From an uncultured delta proteobacterium (lineage in GTDB: Bacteria > Desulfobacterota > Binatia > UBA9968), in assembly GCA_963755715.1 (NCBI GenBank), contig CAVWLW010000041.1, positions 1 through 64,000 on the forward strand: DNA of 64,000 nucleotides, given 5' to 3'. Both the position numbers and the translations under genes were made by a program. Below, piece by piece: positions 1 to 10,019 of this stretch; positions within the stretch are counted from its first letter, which is position 1, and each line of letters starts with the position of its first letter. The notes below the pieces were generated by a model that had not been told where the DNA came from, made no database searches, and worked only from the letters and a program-made list of their open reading frames with translations.

Positions 1-280
1 CCGGGCGCCGGGATCGTGGCGAGCACCCGGCCGGTCTTCGGATCGATCTTCTGGATGCGATCCTCGGCGAGCTGAAACAGGTGCTGGCCGTCGAAGGCCG
101 TTCCTGCATGCGCGGCGACATCGATCGAGCGCAGCGTCTTCCCGCTCGCCGGATCGAAGGCGTTCAGCTTGTCTCCGGCCGCAAACCAGACGTGCTGGCC
201 GTCATAGGTGACGCCATGCACTGGTCGACACCCGGAAAGGGTCCATACTCACGGAGGATTTCGGCCGTTGATCGACTCAT
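1..280 (-). CDS. glutaminyl-cyclotransferase-like / PQQ-type beta-propeller protein, runs off the window edge; apparent 1-nt frameshift near 221
   Basis: Manual translation from ATG at 280: MSRSTAEILREYGPFPGVDQ, then in a shifted frame VHGVTYDGQHVWFAAGDKLNAFDPASGKTLRSIDVAAHAGTAFDGQHLFQLAEDRIQKIDPKTGRVLATIPAP; GGAGG upstream. Not in the ORF track. Confidence 0.7.
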
Positions 281-289
281 GCCTCCATC

Positions 290-1512
290 CTAGTCACTCG
301 GCAGTGGAGCGGGGAGTAACAAAGTCGTCGTGAATCCCGGCACGGGCGGGGTCATCCAGCGACGAGCTCGCCCGCGACCAAACGAGTGCACTTTGCCTGC
401 TGCCGCAAGCGAGTCGAGCGCCCGCTGCACGGTGCGCTGGCTCGTGCCCAGCGCCAGCGCCAGGGCCGAGCTCGACCACGATTCACCGTCGGCGAGGAAG
501 GCGAGCACCGCCGCATGCTCCTCTTCGACGGGCGGCGCCAGCACGACGACCTCGCGTGCGCGGCGCGGCGCCAGCGCGAAGCCTCGCTTCGTCGCGCTCA
601 CGCCGGCCAGCGTCCGAAGCACCGTGCGAAGCCGCCCGACCTCGACCCGCAACCGCGCGCGATGCGATTCATCGGCGAGCTTTGCTCCGAATGCCCGCGC
701 GACGAGCGTGTCCCTCGGCACGTCTCCCGGCCACGCTTCGCCCAGCGCGCGTGCGAGCGCGAACAACACCGGACGCCTTGCGAGCGAGACCACCGTGCTT
801 GCGTCACGCACGACATGACGGCACGCGTCCACGACGAGCGCCTTCGACGCCAGCAGCGCTTCGACATCCTCGAGCAGGAGGAGTCGCTCCTCGCCACTCG
901 CAATCAGGCGCGCCGCGGGCGTGTTCAGGACGAGGGATGCGCTTTCGACCTCCGCCGTCAGCGCAGGGATGCGTGCGTCGCGCGCGGCGCGCTCGGCCCG
1001 AGCGAGCGCCGCGCGCGCCGCCTTCGTCCGGAGGCGCCGCATCGCGATCCCCGCGACGACCAGCTCGTGGGCGGTCCTCGACGCGGGCAGGGAAGGGCGC
1101 GGGGTCGAGCTCGGCGAGCGTGCGCTCGGCCTCGTCGATGCGCCCGATCAGCAGGAGGCGCCGGACCTCGAGATACCGCGCATGCGCGGCGTTCACCCGG
1201 TCGCCGTGCGCTTCGAGCGTCGCCCGCGCCGCGTCGAGCGCCTTCGCAGGCCAGCCCAGGTCGCGCGAGACGAGCGCGATCTCGGCCTCGGCGACGACGC
1301 ACCTCGCGCGGGCCACGGCCTCTTTCGGACCGAAGGCACGCGCAGCACTTCGCAGGAGAGCCTTCGCTCGAACGAGATCGCCGAGCTGCGCCATCGCGAT
1401 GCCTCGAAGCGCGAGCGCAGGCGCGATCGTCGCGCAGGGCGACCCGCTTCAAGGCGCCGAGGGGATCACCCGCCGCCAGTGCACGCGCCGCGGCCGTGAT
1501 CAGCGAGTCCAT
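290..1512 (-). CDS. helix-turn-helix domain protein typical of DUF899 clusters; frameshifts near 1425 and 1080
   Basis: Pieces in ORFs 958..1761 (MDSLITAAARALAAGDPLGALKRVALRDD), 804..1394 (MAQLGDLVRAKALLRSAARAFGPKE) and 290..1042 (C-terminal wHTH SWSSSALALALGTSQRTVQRALDSL). Confidence 0.75.
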
Positions 1513-1823
1513 CGGAATCCCGCCACACTTGTCACTCCCACGCTCATCGAAACTCCCGCGCTCGGTGCTAGTCATGAGAAAGATCGAGCATCGCACGGGC
1601 GGCGAACGGAAGAGTGAATTTGCTGCTGGCGTCGATCGAACAGGCACGGGAGCAATCGAACGATGAAGGACAGTCGAAGGTAGGCAGAAGTGAGATGACG
1701 AACCACAGCAGTAATGGTCGCCGGCATCCACGGGAGGAATTCTGGCGGTGTGCATCGGCAAGTTCAGAAGATTTTTCAGAGCGAATCGTCTCGGTCTGTT
1801 TCAGAAAACAAAGGAGAAATAAG

Positions 1824-2628
1824 ATGGCAACAAGCAAAGAGAGAGACAAAGAGCACCCGAAAGGGCATCTCGCGATGAACACACCCCCGATCGTGTCGCA
1901 GCAGGAGTGGGAGGCTGCGCGCCAGCAGCTCCTCGTGAAGGAGAAGGCCTTGACCCGCGCCCGTGACGCGCTGGCCGCCGAACGCCGGCGGATGCCGTGG
2001 ATGGCGGTGGAGAAGAAGTACGAGTTCGAGGGGCCCAAGGGTAAGGTTAGCCTGCTCGACCTGTTCGAGGGCCGCCGTCAGTTGATCGTCTATCGCGCCT
2101 TCTTCGAGCCCGGGGTGTTCGGCTGGCCCGAGCACGCCTGCCGCGGCTGCTCCTTGGTGGCCGATCAGGTCGCCCACCTGGCCCATCTGAACGCCCGCGA
2201 CACCACCCTCGCGTTACGCCTCGCGCGCGCCGCAGGCGGACATCGCGCGCCTGAAGGCGCGGATGGGCTGGGAGATGCCCTGGTACACCATCACCGACAG
2301 CTTCGACGCCGACTTCGGCGTGGACGAGTGGCACGGCCACAACGTGTTCTTCCGCGACGGCGAGCAGGTGTTCCGCACCTACTTCATCAACAGCCGCGGC
2401 GACGAGGCGATGGGGAGCACCTGGAGCTACCTCGACATCACGCCGCTCGGCCGCCAGGAGACTTGGGAGGACTCGCCAGAGGGTTACCCCCAGACCCCGC
2501 CGTACAAGTGGTGGAACTGGCACGACAACTACGACGCCGAGGCCTCGCCTGACCCGAAGTGGGTCGAGGTGTCCGACGCTGGAGAAGCCGCCTTCCGAAA
2601 GCGCGACGCAGAGGCGAAAGCGAGCTAA
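1824..2628 (+). CDS. DUF899 family (thioredoxin-like) protein; frameshift near 2215
   Basis: AAGGAG then ATG 1824; PPIVSQQEWEAARQQLLVKEK...RRRMPW, CRGCS motif; continues in ORF 2263..2628 (GWEMPWY...YLDITPLGRQETWEDSPEGYPQTPPYKWW). Confidence 0.85.
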
Positions 2629-2688
2629 AGAAGGGCGACCACTTCGCCGCCCTCGAGCAGCCGGCTCTTTTCACACAGGAGCTGCGCG

Positions 2689-2932
2689 TTTACGCCCGAA
2701 GAGATCGTCGAGGGTAAGGCGTACTACAACTATTACCGCGTCGGGCGAGCAGGGAATCAGCGTCTTCTGCAAGGATGAAACAGGCGAGGTTTTCCACACC
2801 TATTCCTGCCACGGGCGGGGCATCGATATGGTCAATGGTGCCTACCAGTTCCTCGACCTTGTGCCCAAAGGTCGCGATGAGGACGGCTTCAAATTCTCGA
2901 TGGAGTGGTTACGCCGGCACGATCAGTATTGA
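2689..2932 (+). pseudogene. 3' remnant of a second, different DUF899 paralog
   Basis: Manual translation FTPEEIVEGKAYYNY...GISVFCKDETGEVFHTYSCHGRGIDMVNGAYQFLDLVPKGRDEDGFKFSMEWLRRHDQY*; no N-terminal half or start codon. Confidence 0.7.
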
Positions 2933-3102
2933 AGCGCAGCCCTGATACTTCAATGCTAGACCCCAGCCCAACAGCAAGGGTGCGGGAAACCGCTTGCTTC
3001 GCTATGGCGGTTGAAATAGATTGCACGATAGTTGGCAAACAACCTCCCGCACACTGGGACTTTCGGGGTTAATCCGTTGGACGATAAACTAAGGAGACTG
3101 CC

Positions 3103-4125
3103 ATGATCGACATGCATGCCCATTGGAGGCCCGCCGAGCTGATCGACGCCCTGCGCGCCCGCACCAAGGAACCGCGCATCGTGCGCAATCAGGACGGCGT
3201 AGAAGTGCTGAAGAGCCGGATCGGCGAGGAGCCGGTGTCCAAGGCGTTTGATGACGTGGAATTCCATCTCGCAAGGATGGATCGCCAGGGCGTGAACACC
3301 AGCGTGCTGTCGCTGCTCGGTGCGTTCTGCTGGATCGAGTCGCAGCCGGTCGAGGTTTCGCTGCCGCTGTGCAGGATGGTCAACGATGCACTGTCGGGGC
3401 TTTGCCAGAAATACGAGCGCTTCAATGCGTTTGCCGCGCTGCCGCTCGTGGATATGTCCGCTGCCGCCGCCGAGTTTGAGCGCGCGCTGGCGCTGCCGGG
3501 CGTGGTCGGCGCGCAAGTGCCGGGAAACGGGTTTCTCACGAAGAAGGACGCCGAGAACATGCGCCCGCTGTTGGAGGTGGCGAACCGCCAGCGTGCGATC
3601 GTGTTCATTCACCACGGTCCGCGGCCTGGCGACGAGTTTCCCAAGATAGCCGGCGACACCGACAACGCGCGCCGCCGCAACGGCACGCTCGACATGCAGG
3701 CGAGCCTGTCCTCGGTGATGGTGACCTTGTGCCTCACCGACTACCTCGCGCCGTACCCCGATGCGACGGTCCTGGTTCATAATCTCGGCGGCAATATTCC
3801 GTACGAGATCGAGCGCATGGATCACCGCAGCCTGCTGGATACAGCGAACGAGGAACTGCCGTCGTCGCGCTTCCGCCGCGCAAAGGTGTTCGTGGATTGT
3901 AACTCGTTCGGCCCGGGCGCGATCGAGGCGGCGGTGCGCTTGTACGGCGCCGAGCGCATCGTGTGCGGCACCGACGGAACCGAATTCGGCTGCGAGTGGA
4001 CCAGCAAGGCGCTTGCGGAAGCGCAGATCGGCGAGGATGCGCGCGAGAAGATCTTACACCGCAATGCCGCAGCGATGATGTCGCGGCTCGCAAAGGTCGC
4101 GCAGCGCGAAACAGTCGCCGCGTAA
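3103..4125 (+). CDS. amidohydrolase_2 family protein (ACMSD/decarboxylase-like)
   Basis: IDMHAH metal motif, FIHHG, HNLGG, CGTD; AAGGAG RBS. Confidence 0.85.
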   Translation: MIDMHAHWRPAELIDALRARTKEPRIVRNQDGVEVLKSRIGEEPVSKAFDDVEFHLARMDRQGVNTSVLSLLGAFCWIESQPVEVSLPLCRMVNDALSGLCQKYERFNAFAALPLVDMSAAAAEFERALALPGVVGAQVPGNGFLTKKDAENMRPLLEVANRQRAIVFIHHGPRPGDEFPKIAGDTDNARRRNGTLDMQASLSSVMVTLCLTDYLAPYPDATVLVHNLGGNIPYEIERMDHRSLLDTANEELPSSRFRRAKVFVDCNSFGPGAIEAAVRLYGAERIVCGTDGTEFGCEWTSKALAEAQIGEDAREKILHRNAAAMMSRLAKVAQRETVAA

Positions 4126-4210
4126 TCTCGCTCGGGCGGAGAACGGGGTCGAATTGAGCTAGCCCGGGTTTCACGAACAGTTAGTTAAGCGATAGTTTGA
4201 CCGGCTCGTG

Positions 4211-4331
4211 CTTCTGCCCATCATTGCCACGCGCCATCACGTGACAGATCAATCCTTCGCCATGGACTCGCGGATGGCGCGGCTTCATCTTTCCCCATCA
4301 AACGTTAGTAGACTTAGGCAAGTGAGACACC
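4211..4331 (-). mobile_element. 5' remnant (leader plus first ~26 codons) of a RAYT/IS200-like HUH transposase, copy 1
   Basis: ATG 4288: MKPRHPRVHGEGLICHVMARGNDGQK; visibly homologous to 6292..6412, including the leader GGTGTC(T/A)(C/G)ACTTGCCTAAGTCTA. Confidence 0.7.
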
Positions 4332-4359
4332 CGACAAATATCCGCGCCCGGAGGTGGAC

Positions 4360-5343
4360 ATGCTGCGCTTGACCTTGGCTGCGGGCCACTATGATCGGAC
4401 GGAGGCGCTTCGTGACGGTCGAGTGCGCGCAGAGGGCATCGACTTGACCTACATCATGCTGCGCGTGGAGGAGATCTTCTGGCGCATGGCCCAGCACCGG
4501 GAGTTCGACGCCTCGGAGTTCTCGCTGGGCGGGTATGTAGTGCGCCGCGGGCGGGGCGCCGATGATCTCGTCGCGATCCCGGTTTTTCCGTCGCGCTTCT
4601 TCCGGCAGTCGTGCATCTTCGTCCACGATGGCTCGGGAATCCGCAGCCCGGAGGACCTTCGTGGCAAGCGGATCGGCGTACCCGAATACCAGATGACGGC
4701 CGCGGTGTGGGCGCGCGGCATCCTGGCAGACGACTACGGGGTGCGCGCGGCCGACGTTGAATGGGTGCAAGGCGGGCTCGAAGAGCCCGGTCGCATTCCA
4801 TTCGAGCCCGCCGAGCCGGCGGGAGTCACGGTGGGCTTCGCGCCCGCGGACCGCTCGCTGGCGCAAATGCTGGAGAGTGGAGAGATCGACGCGCTGGTCA
4901 CGGCCAGGACGCCCTCGACCTTTCGGCGAAGCGGTAGCGCGGTGCGGCGGCTCTTCGAGCACCCGTTCGAGGTCGAGCGCGACTATTTCCGCCGAACCGG
5001 CATTTTTCCCATCATGCACACGCTGGTGGTCAAGAAAGAGATCCTCGAGGCGAACCCCTGGGTAGCGTTTACGCTGTTCAAGGCGTTCTCGGAAGCCAAG
5101 GATCTGGCGATGGCCGACCTGACCCAGACAAGCGCGCTGCCACTCAGTCTACCGTTTCTGGTCGAGCACGCCTACCAGACCATGGACCTGATGGGCGAGG
5201 ACTTCTGGCCATACGGGCTTGAGAGCAATCGGCGCACGCTCGAGACGTTCGTGCGCTACATGCACGAGCAAGGACTGATCCCAGAGCCAATGGCGCTCGC
5301 AACCCTGTTCCCGGAGAGCACGCAGCGGACGTTCAGAGTGTGA
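4360..5343 (+). CDS. 4,5-dihydroxyphthalate decarboxylase-like protein (periplasmic-binding fold)
   Basis: LTLAAGHYDRTEALRDGRV, FDASEFSL, IPVFPSRFFR, GVPEYQMTAAVW, GIFPIMH, FWPYGLESN; GGAGG at 4350. Confidence 0.8.
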   Translation: MLRLTLAAGHYDRTEALRDGRVRAEGIDLTYIMLRVEEIFWRMAQHREFDASEFSLGGYVVRRGRGADDLVAIPVFPSRFFRQSCIFVHDGSGIRSPEDLRGKRIGVPEYQMTAAVWARGILADDYGVRAADVEWVQGGLEEPGRIPFEPAEPAGVTVGFAPADRSLAQMLESGEIDALVTARTPSTFRRSGSAVRRLFEHPFEVERDYFRRTGIFPIMHTLVVKKEILEANPWVAFTLFKAFSEAKDLAMADLTQTSALPLSLPFLVEHAYQTMDLMGEDFWPYGLESNRRTLETFVRYMHEQGLIPEPMALATLFPESTQRTFRV

Positions 5344-5508
5344 CGCGAAGCGGGAAAGCCAATTGGGTTTTGACTTTGAAATCTCCACTTTCTTAGGGAA
5401 GCCGAGGGGGCCGTTACTGTGGAGACGAGGATCCCGTTTCAGTGAGCCGAAGCCGTGAGAAGAAGCTTTTTTGACTGTAGCAGCTTCATTTCGATCCGCA
5501 GAAGCTGA

Positions 5509-6063
5509 TCATCCTTCTTGCAGGATCGCTTCGGCGTCGATCGTGATCTCAACCATGTTGCCGACGACGACGCCACCCCTGTCTAAAGTGCTGTTCCAGC
5601 TCACGCCGAAGTCGTGGCGATTGATTCTGGCGCTGGCGGTAAAGCCCGCCCTAGTCTTCGGTCCCTTATCCACGCCATCTTCCCACCATGGAGTCTGCCA
5701 CTGTCCTAGATAATGGACGCGCAGTGGCACCGTGCGGGTTATACCTCGAATCGTCAACTCGCCGGTGAGAACCGCTTCGTTCGCGCCGGCCAGTTCGACG
5801 TGCTTCCCCGCGAAAGTAATCGTCGGATGTTTCTCCACGTCGAGAAAGTCCTCGCTCTTGAGGTGGGCGTCGCGCCCCGCTTCACCTGTCCAGATTCCAG
5901 AAGCTTCGATCCTGGCCTCGACGGAAGTCGCGCCCGGGTCCGCCTGATCGAAGACAAGCGTGCCGTGAATATCTTTGAAATGGCCGCGGACAAAAGTCAC
6001 CATCATGTGACGCACACAAAACTCCGCCGCGGTATGCCCCGGTTCGAAAAACCATTTGGCCAT
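5509..6063 (-). CDS. YceI family protein
   Basis: HTAAEFCVRHMMVTFVRGHF, RDAHLKSEDFLDVEKHPTITF, GELTIRGIT, INRHDFGVSWN. Confidence 0.92.
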   Translation of the reverse strand: MAKWFFEPGHTAAEFCVRHMMVTFVRGHFKDIHGTLVFDQADPGATSVEARIEASGIWTGEAGRDAHLKSEDFLDVEKHPTITFAGKHVELAGANEAVLTGELTIRGITRTVPLRVHYLGQWQTPWWEDGVDKGPKTRAGFTASARINRHDFGVSWNSTLDRGGVVVGNMVEITIDAEAILQEG

Positions 6064-6171
6064 TATCCGCTCCTTTCAAGTAAAGACATTATCTGGACTC
6101 GTTTTACCTTAACGCCCACTGCAGCGGATTCAACTGCGTTATCGCGTGCACCGTGTCCGTGCACCGCGTGC

Positions 6172-6412
6172 ACCCAACAGGTGGAAGTGATTCGACATCA
6201 AGACATAGGCGTAGAGAGAGAACGGGTAGCGCTGGCGCACGCTCCGAAGCGCTTCGATGAAGGCCTGGTAGTCACTTTGCCTGAGGAAAATCTTCTGCCC
6301 GTCATTGCCGCGCGCCATCACGTGATAGAGCAGTCCTTCGGCATGAACTCGCGGGATGACGCGGCATCGCTCGCCCCTATCAAACTTACTAGACTTAGGC
6401 AAGTCTGACACC
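6172..6412 (-). mobile_element. truncated RAYT/IS200-like (Y1) HUH transposase, copy 2
   Basis: ATG 6367 (1-nt shift) PRVHAEGLLYHVMARGNDGQKIF...YAYVLMSNHFHLL; HUH motif present; sequence ends before the catalytic Tyr region. Confidence 0.85.
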
Positions 6413-6589
6413 GCATGGGTTCTCACATTCGCGGCGGGCTTGTCCAGCAAGTCAACAGCGTCCTGCTGGATTTCTCCCTCCTGATTCTTTGAACGACTTG
6501 AACCGGGCACAAACTTCGAGCTATGTAACGCTTTTGGAGGCGCCGAAGTCAATGCCTTCGCTTCGGCGAAGGTTTGACCGAGCAAAGAA

Positions 6590-7969
6590 ATGGCCGACCG
6601 AATCCTCAATCATCTCTACGACTACGCGCTGAAGTTGTCGTATCGCGACCTGCCGAAGGAAGTGGTGCGCCGGACCAAGCACATTATCTTGGATACCGTG
6701 GGGTGCGCGCTCGGCGGAGCCGAAAGTCCTCCAGCCAAGATCGCTAGAGCCGCTGCGTCCGAGATAACGTCGGCCGTTCCTTCCACCGTTTTGATCAGCG
6801 GCCAGAAAACCTCGCCCGACCTCGCAGCTTTCGCCAACGGTGTGATGATCCGTTATCTCGATTTCAACGACACCTACGCCGGCTCTCCTACCTGCCACCC
6901 AAGCGATCTCCTTGCTCCGGTGTTGGCCGTCGTGGACGCAAAACACGGCGACGGCAAAGACGTGATCCTCGGAACGGTTTTGGGTTATGAAGTGTTTTGT
7001 GGACTCATCGACGCCGGAGCGAACGAGCGCGGGCGTATTTGGGATCAGTCTACCTACGGCGTTATCGCGGCGGCCGTAGTGGCGGCTAAACTTTTCGGCC
7101 TTATGAAAGAGCAGATGTGCAATGCGATTAGCTTGGCGGTCGCGTCTCACATCAGCCTCGAGCAAATCAGAAGAGGACAGATTTCCCATTGGAAGGGATG
7201 CGCGTTGGCCAACGCCTCGAGGAACGCCGTTTTTTGCGCCATGCTGGCCGCCAAGGGCATGACGGGACCGGAGGAAGTATTCGAAGGCAAGGCCGGCTTC
7301 CTCAATAGCACGGGAATCCGCTTCGAGATCAGACCGTTCGCGGACTCCGCCGACGGTTACCGCATCATGAAAGCGCGGGTGAAAGCATTTCCCGCAGGAT
7401 ATTTCTCGCAAAGCGCGATCGAGGCGATTCTTAACTTGCGATCCCAGATCTCCAATCTCGACGACATCAAAGAGATTCGCTTGCAAACTTTTCCTGCCGG
7501 CTACGAGGTCATGGGTTCAGGAGAAGCGAACTGGCAGCCGGAAACCAGGGAGAGCGCCGATCACAGTCTGCCCTTCGTGATGGCCGTTGCGCTGATGGAA
7601 GGCGGCATAGAAGTTCGCCATTACGACCAGCTGTACTACAAGCGCTCCGATGTACGGACGCTCATGCAAAAAATCAGCGTGCGGATCGGCGAAGAACCCG
7701 TTGCCGCCTGGCCCGAAGTTCCTTTGAACATCGTGGACATCGAGATGAAGTCAGGAAAAGTTCTTTCAACGAAAGTGGCCTACCATCTCGGCCATTTTAA
7801 ACGCTTGATGACCGACGCGGAGCAGGAGCGAAAATTCCGTCCGCTGGCGGCGCCGCTGCTTCCAGAGAGGCAAATTAATGAGCTACTGGCCTGCTTGCGT
7901 CGCTTGGACGAAGTCGAGCGCATCGGCGAAGTGATTTCCTTAACGGTGGCGCCGAATCTATCTGCATGA
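6590..7969 (+). CDS. MmgE/PrpD family protein
   Basis: ILDTVGCALGG, NGVMIRYLDFNDTY, CHPSD, SHWKG, RESADHSLPF. Confidence 0.92.
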   Translation: MADRILNHLYDYALKLSYRDLPKEVVRRTKHIILDTVGCALGGAESPPAKIARAAASEITSAVPSTVLISGQKTSPDLAAFANGVMIRYLDFNDTYAGSPTCHPSDLLAPVLAVVDAKHGDGKDVILGTVLGYEVFCGLIDAGANERGRIWDQSTYGVIAAAVVAAKLFGLMKEQMCNAISLAVASHISLEQIRRGQISHWKGCALANASRNAVFCAMLAAKGMTGPEEVFEGKAGFLNSTGIRFEIRPFADSADGYRIMKARVKAFPAGYFSQSAIEAILNLRSQISNLDDIKEIRLQTFPAGYEVMGSGEANWQPETRESADHSLPFVMAVALMEGGIEVRHYDQLYYKRSDVRTLMQKISVRIGEEPVAAWPEVPLNIVDIEMKSGKVLSTKVAYHLGHFKRLMTDAEQERKFRPLAAPLLPERQINELLACLRRLDEVERIGEVISLTVAPNLSA

Positions 7970-8024
7970 CCCCAGTGCGCAGCGCCACAACCAAAAAGAG
8001 AAAAACCGGTTCTTCGGAGTGATC

Positions 8025-8092
8025 TTCACCACAGAGACGCAGAGTATTCTTTTTACTCCCTCTTCTCGGCGTTCCCGCGCCGCCGCGGTGAA
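8025..8092. repeat. imperfect intergenic inverted repeat (TTCACCACAGAGACGCAGAG ... CCGCGGTGAA), REP-like
   Basis: Degenerate complementary arms between convergent genes. Confidence 0.5.
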
Positions 8093-8129
8093 AACTCCGA
8101 ATCCTTTTTCATTACGTTCATGCGGGGAA

Positions 8130-8843
8130 TCACGTTCGGGATGCCAGGAAATCGTCGATGGCCTGGTTAAATTCCTCTGGCTTCTCCGCCATAGGGAAGT
8201 GACCGGCATCGCCGAGCTTCAGGTACTGAGAGCCGGGCACCGCCCGATGGATCTCCATTTCATACTCCGGCGGCGAAGCGGGATCGTCCGCGCCGCGTAT
8301 TAAGAGAAGCGGAGGCTTGAGCGTGCTGATGCGGTCCCTGACATCGAATTGGTCGATCACGACGAAATCATCGTGCTGACTCATCGGCCCCACCTTGCGA
8401 TGGCATTCGACGAGATGCTCTCGAAGGTCCGGCTCGATAAACTTCATGTTATGGCGCATGAGGTCGAGCCATTGCCGGTTGATCTCGGCGTCCTGTGCAG
8501 CGTTGAGCCGGAGTTCCAGAGCACTGCGTGGCCGCTCCTTAGGCCGCATGGCCACGGTCATTAGTACCAGCGCCTTGACCTCGTCCGGATAGTCCAAGCC
8601 GTACTCGAGCGCGATGCACGCTCCCAGGGTGAAACCCACCAGCACCAAGTCTTGCCGTTTACCCTTGGACCATAACCATCCTCTCAACCATTCCGTATAT
8701 CGTTCCACGTTGGCACAGGGTTTTCCCTCCAGATGTCCAGGCAACGTCGGAGCGAGGCTACGCGGATAGTGTTTGAGTTGATGGACAAACGATTCCGCAC
8801 ATCCTCCCGCCCCGGGCCCATGTATGAAAATCATCTGGTTCAT
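8130..8843 (-). CDS. alpha/beta fold hydrolase with atypical GFTLG nucleophile elbow
   Basis: FIHGPG, LPGH, VGFTLGA, IRGADD, AGHFPMAEKPEEFN; AGGAGG RBS. Confidence 0.85.
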   Translation of the reverse strand: MNQMIFIHGPGAGGCAESFVHQLKHYPRSLAPTLPGHLEGKPCANVERYTEWLRGWLWSKGKRQDLVLVGFTLGACIALEYGLDYPDEVKALVLMTVAMRPKERPRSALELRLNAAQDAEINRQWLDLMRHNMKFIEPDLREHLVECHRKVGPMSQHDDFVVIDQFDVRDRISTLKPPLLLIRGADDPASPPEYEMEIHRAVPGSQYLKLGDAGHFPMAEKPEEFNQAIDDFLASRT

Positions 8844-8897
8844 ATTCCCTCCTGCTCGGCACCAAGCTCGTGCCTAATCTCTTCGTTTGATTCTGTC

Positions 8898-8936
8898 AAC
8901 GACTTGAACGGTTTGAACGGTTGGAACGATTTGAAC
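8898..8936. repeat. tandem 9-mer repeat array
   Basis: AACGACTTG AACGGTTTG AACGGTTGG AACGATTTG AAC; related TTGAAC runs near 6488, 29232 and 33543, and inverted near 13832. Confidence 0.75.
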
Positions 8937-9120
8937 AAGGTCGAAATTGAGCCGCGCGCCGCGCACCCCCGTTTTGATGGGGCTACTGACCCCAAATCTT
9001 TCTCCCATATTTGATGCCGTTCCATGACGGAACCAAAGGTCAACCAAGGATTACGGTGCGTAGATATCCTTGACGCTTCAATCCTGCTGGCGTATAGCTC
9101 CTTGATTCCATGGAGCAGTA

Positions 9121-9891
9121 ATGAAACCGCCACCGCTGATCTTAAACCCGTGGGTTGGCTTTATAGGAACGATCTGCGGCATTATAGGTCTTCCGCTCTC
9201 GGTGATTCTATTTTTCTATGCCGTGAAAGTGCCACACTTGACTTATGCCGTCTATCCCATCAAGACAACCGTTCTTCAGTCTGGGCTTGCTGCTGGATTG
9301 CGCGTTTTACACAACAATGAAGAGATAAAAGGCGATGTCACAGCGGTACAAATCGCCATTTGGAACAACGGACGCGAGCCTATTGTCAAAGAGAATATTC
9401 TGACTCCTCCGAAAATCGTTACGCGGCCAGCGGTGCGAATACTGGAAGCCACGATACGAACTCAAAGCAGGAAGGAAATAGAGTTTTCGCTCGACAACCG
9501 ATCGCTGAACGAAGGGGTGGTGCCCGTCTTGTGGAAAATACTAGAACAGTCAGATGGCGCTACGGTGCAATTGATCTACGCTGGACCTGTTGAAACCAAA
9601 TTCGACTTAGAAGGAACGGTTGTTGGTCAACGGACGATAGCGCCTGCTTTTTATCCTTACCCACCTCCGCCGACAAGCCCAAACAGAGTCACTTTAAAGA
9701 TTGCCATAATACTTGCGACGTTAGCCCCTTGGGCGCTCTTGGGGTGGGTAATTTGGACGTTCTATAATATCGTCTTAAAAACTTGGTGGCAAAAAGTAAT
9801 CGTGGGCTGTATCTTAATGGTCTGTGGATACCTAGCCGTCGGCGTGACTTACATGTGGTATATTTCGTCTGAACCACCATTCGGTTTTTAA
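9121..9891 (+). CDS. hypothetical membrane protein (N-terminal TM, soluble domain, two C-terminal TMs)
   Basis: 256-aa ORF with clear hydrophobic segments; visibly more AT-rich than its neighbours. Confidence 0.7.
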   Translation: MKPPPLILNPWVGFIGTICGIIGLPLSVILFFYAVKVPHLTYAVYPIKTTVLQSGLAAGLRVLHNNEEIKGDVTAVQIAIWNNGREPIVKENILTPPKIVTRPAVRILEATIRTQSRKEIEFSLDNRSLNEGVVPVLWKILEQSDGATVQLIYAGPVETKFDLEGTVVGQRTIAPAFYPYPPPPTSPNRVTLKIAIILATLAPWALLGWVIWTFYNIVLKTWWQKVIVGCILMVCGYLAVGVTYMWYISSEPPFGF

Positions 9892-9944
9892 GTAAGGCCC
9901 ATTTGATTGCCGGGATGAGCAGACCTGGGGTATAACAGCTACGA

Positions 9945-10019
9945 ATGCAAAACGTCCTATACTATGGCGACAATCTGATCGATTTATTGCGGTACAATCG
10001 GAGCCGCAGAAGCCTGTGA
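9945..10019 (+). pseudogene. N-terminal remnant of a site-specific DNA methyltransferase (N4/N6 type)
   Basis: MQNVLYYGDNLIDLLRY resembles the usual LYYGDNLxxLR start of such MTases; stops after 24 codons with no DPPF/DPPY motif. Confidence 0.6.

Noticed and set aside
386-1666. Long plus-strand ORFs (426 and 353 aa) and many similar antisense ORFs across the window
   Set aside because: Arg/Ala/Pro-rich shadow frames opposite recognisable genes in GC-rich DNA, with no motifs.
1570-1760. Possible decayed DUF899 starts (EHRTG..., MTNH...REEFW) in the divergent spacer
   Set aside because: Similarity is too short and degenerate to support by eye.
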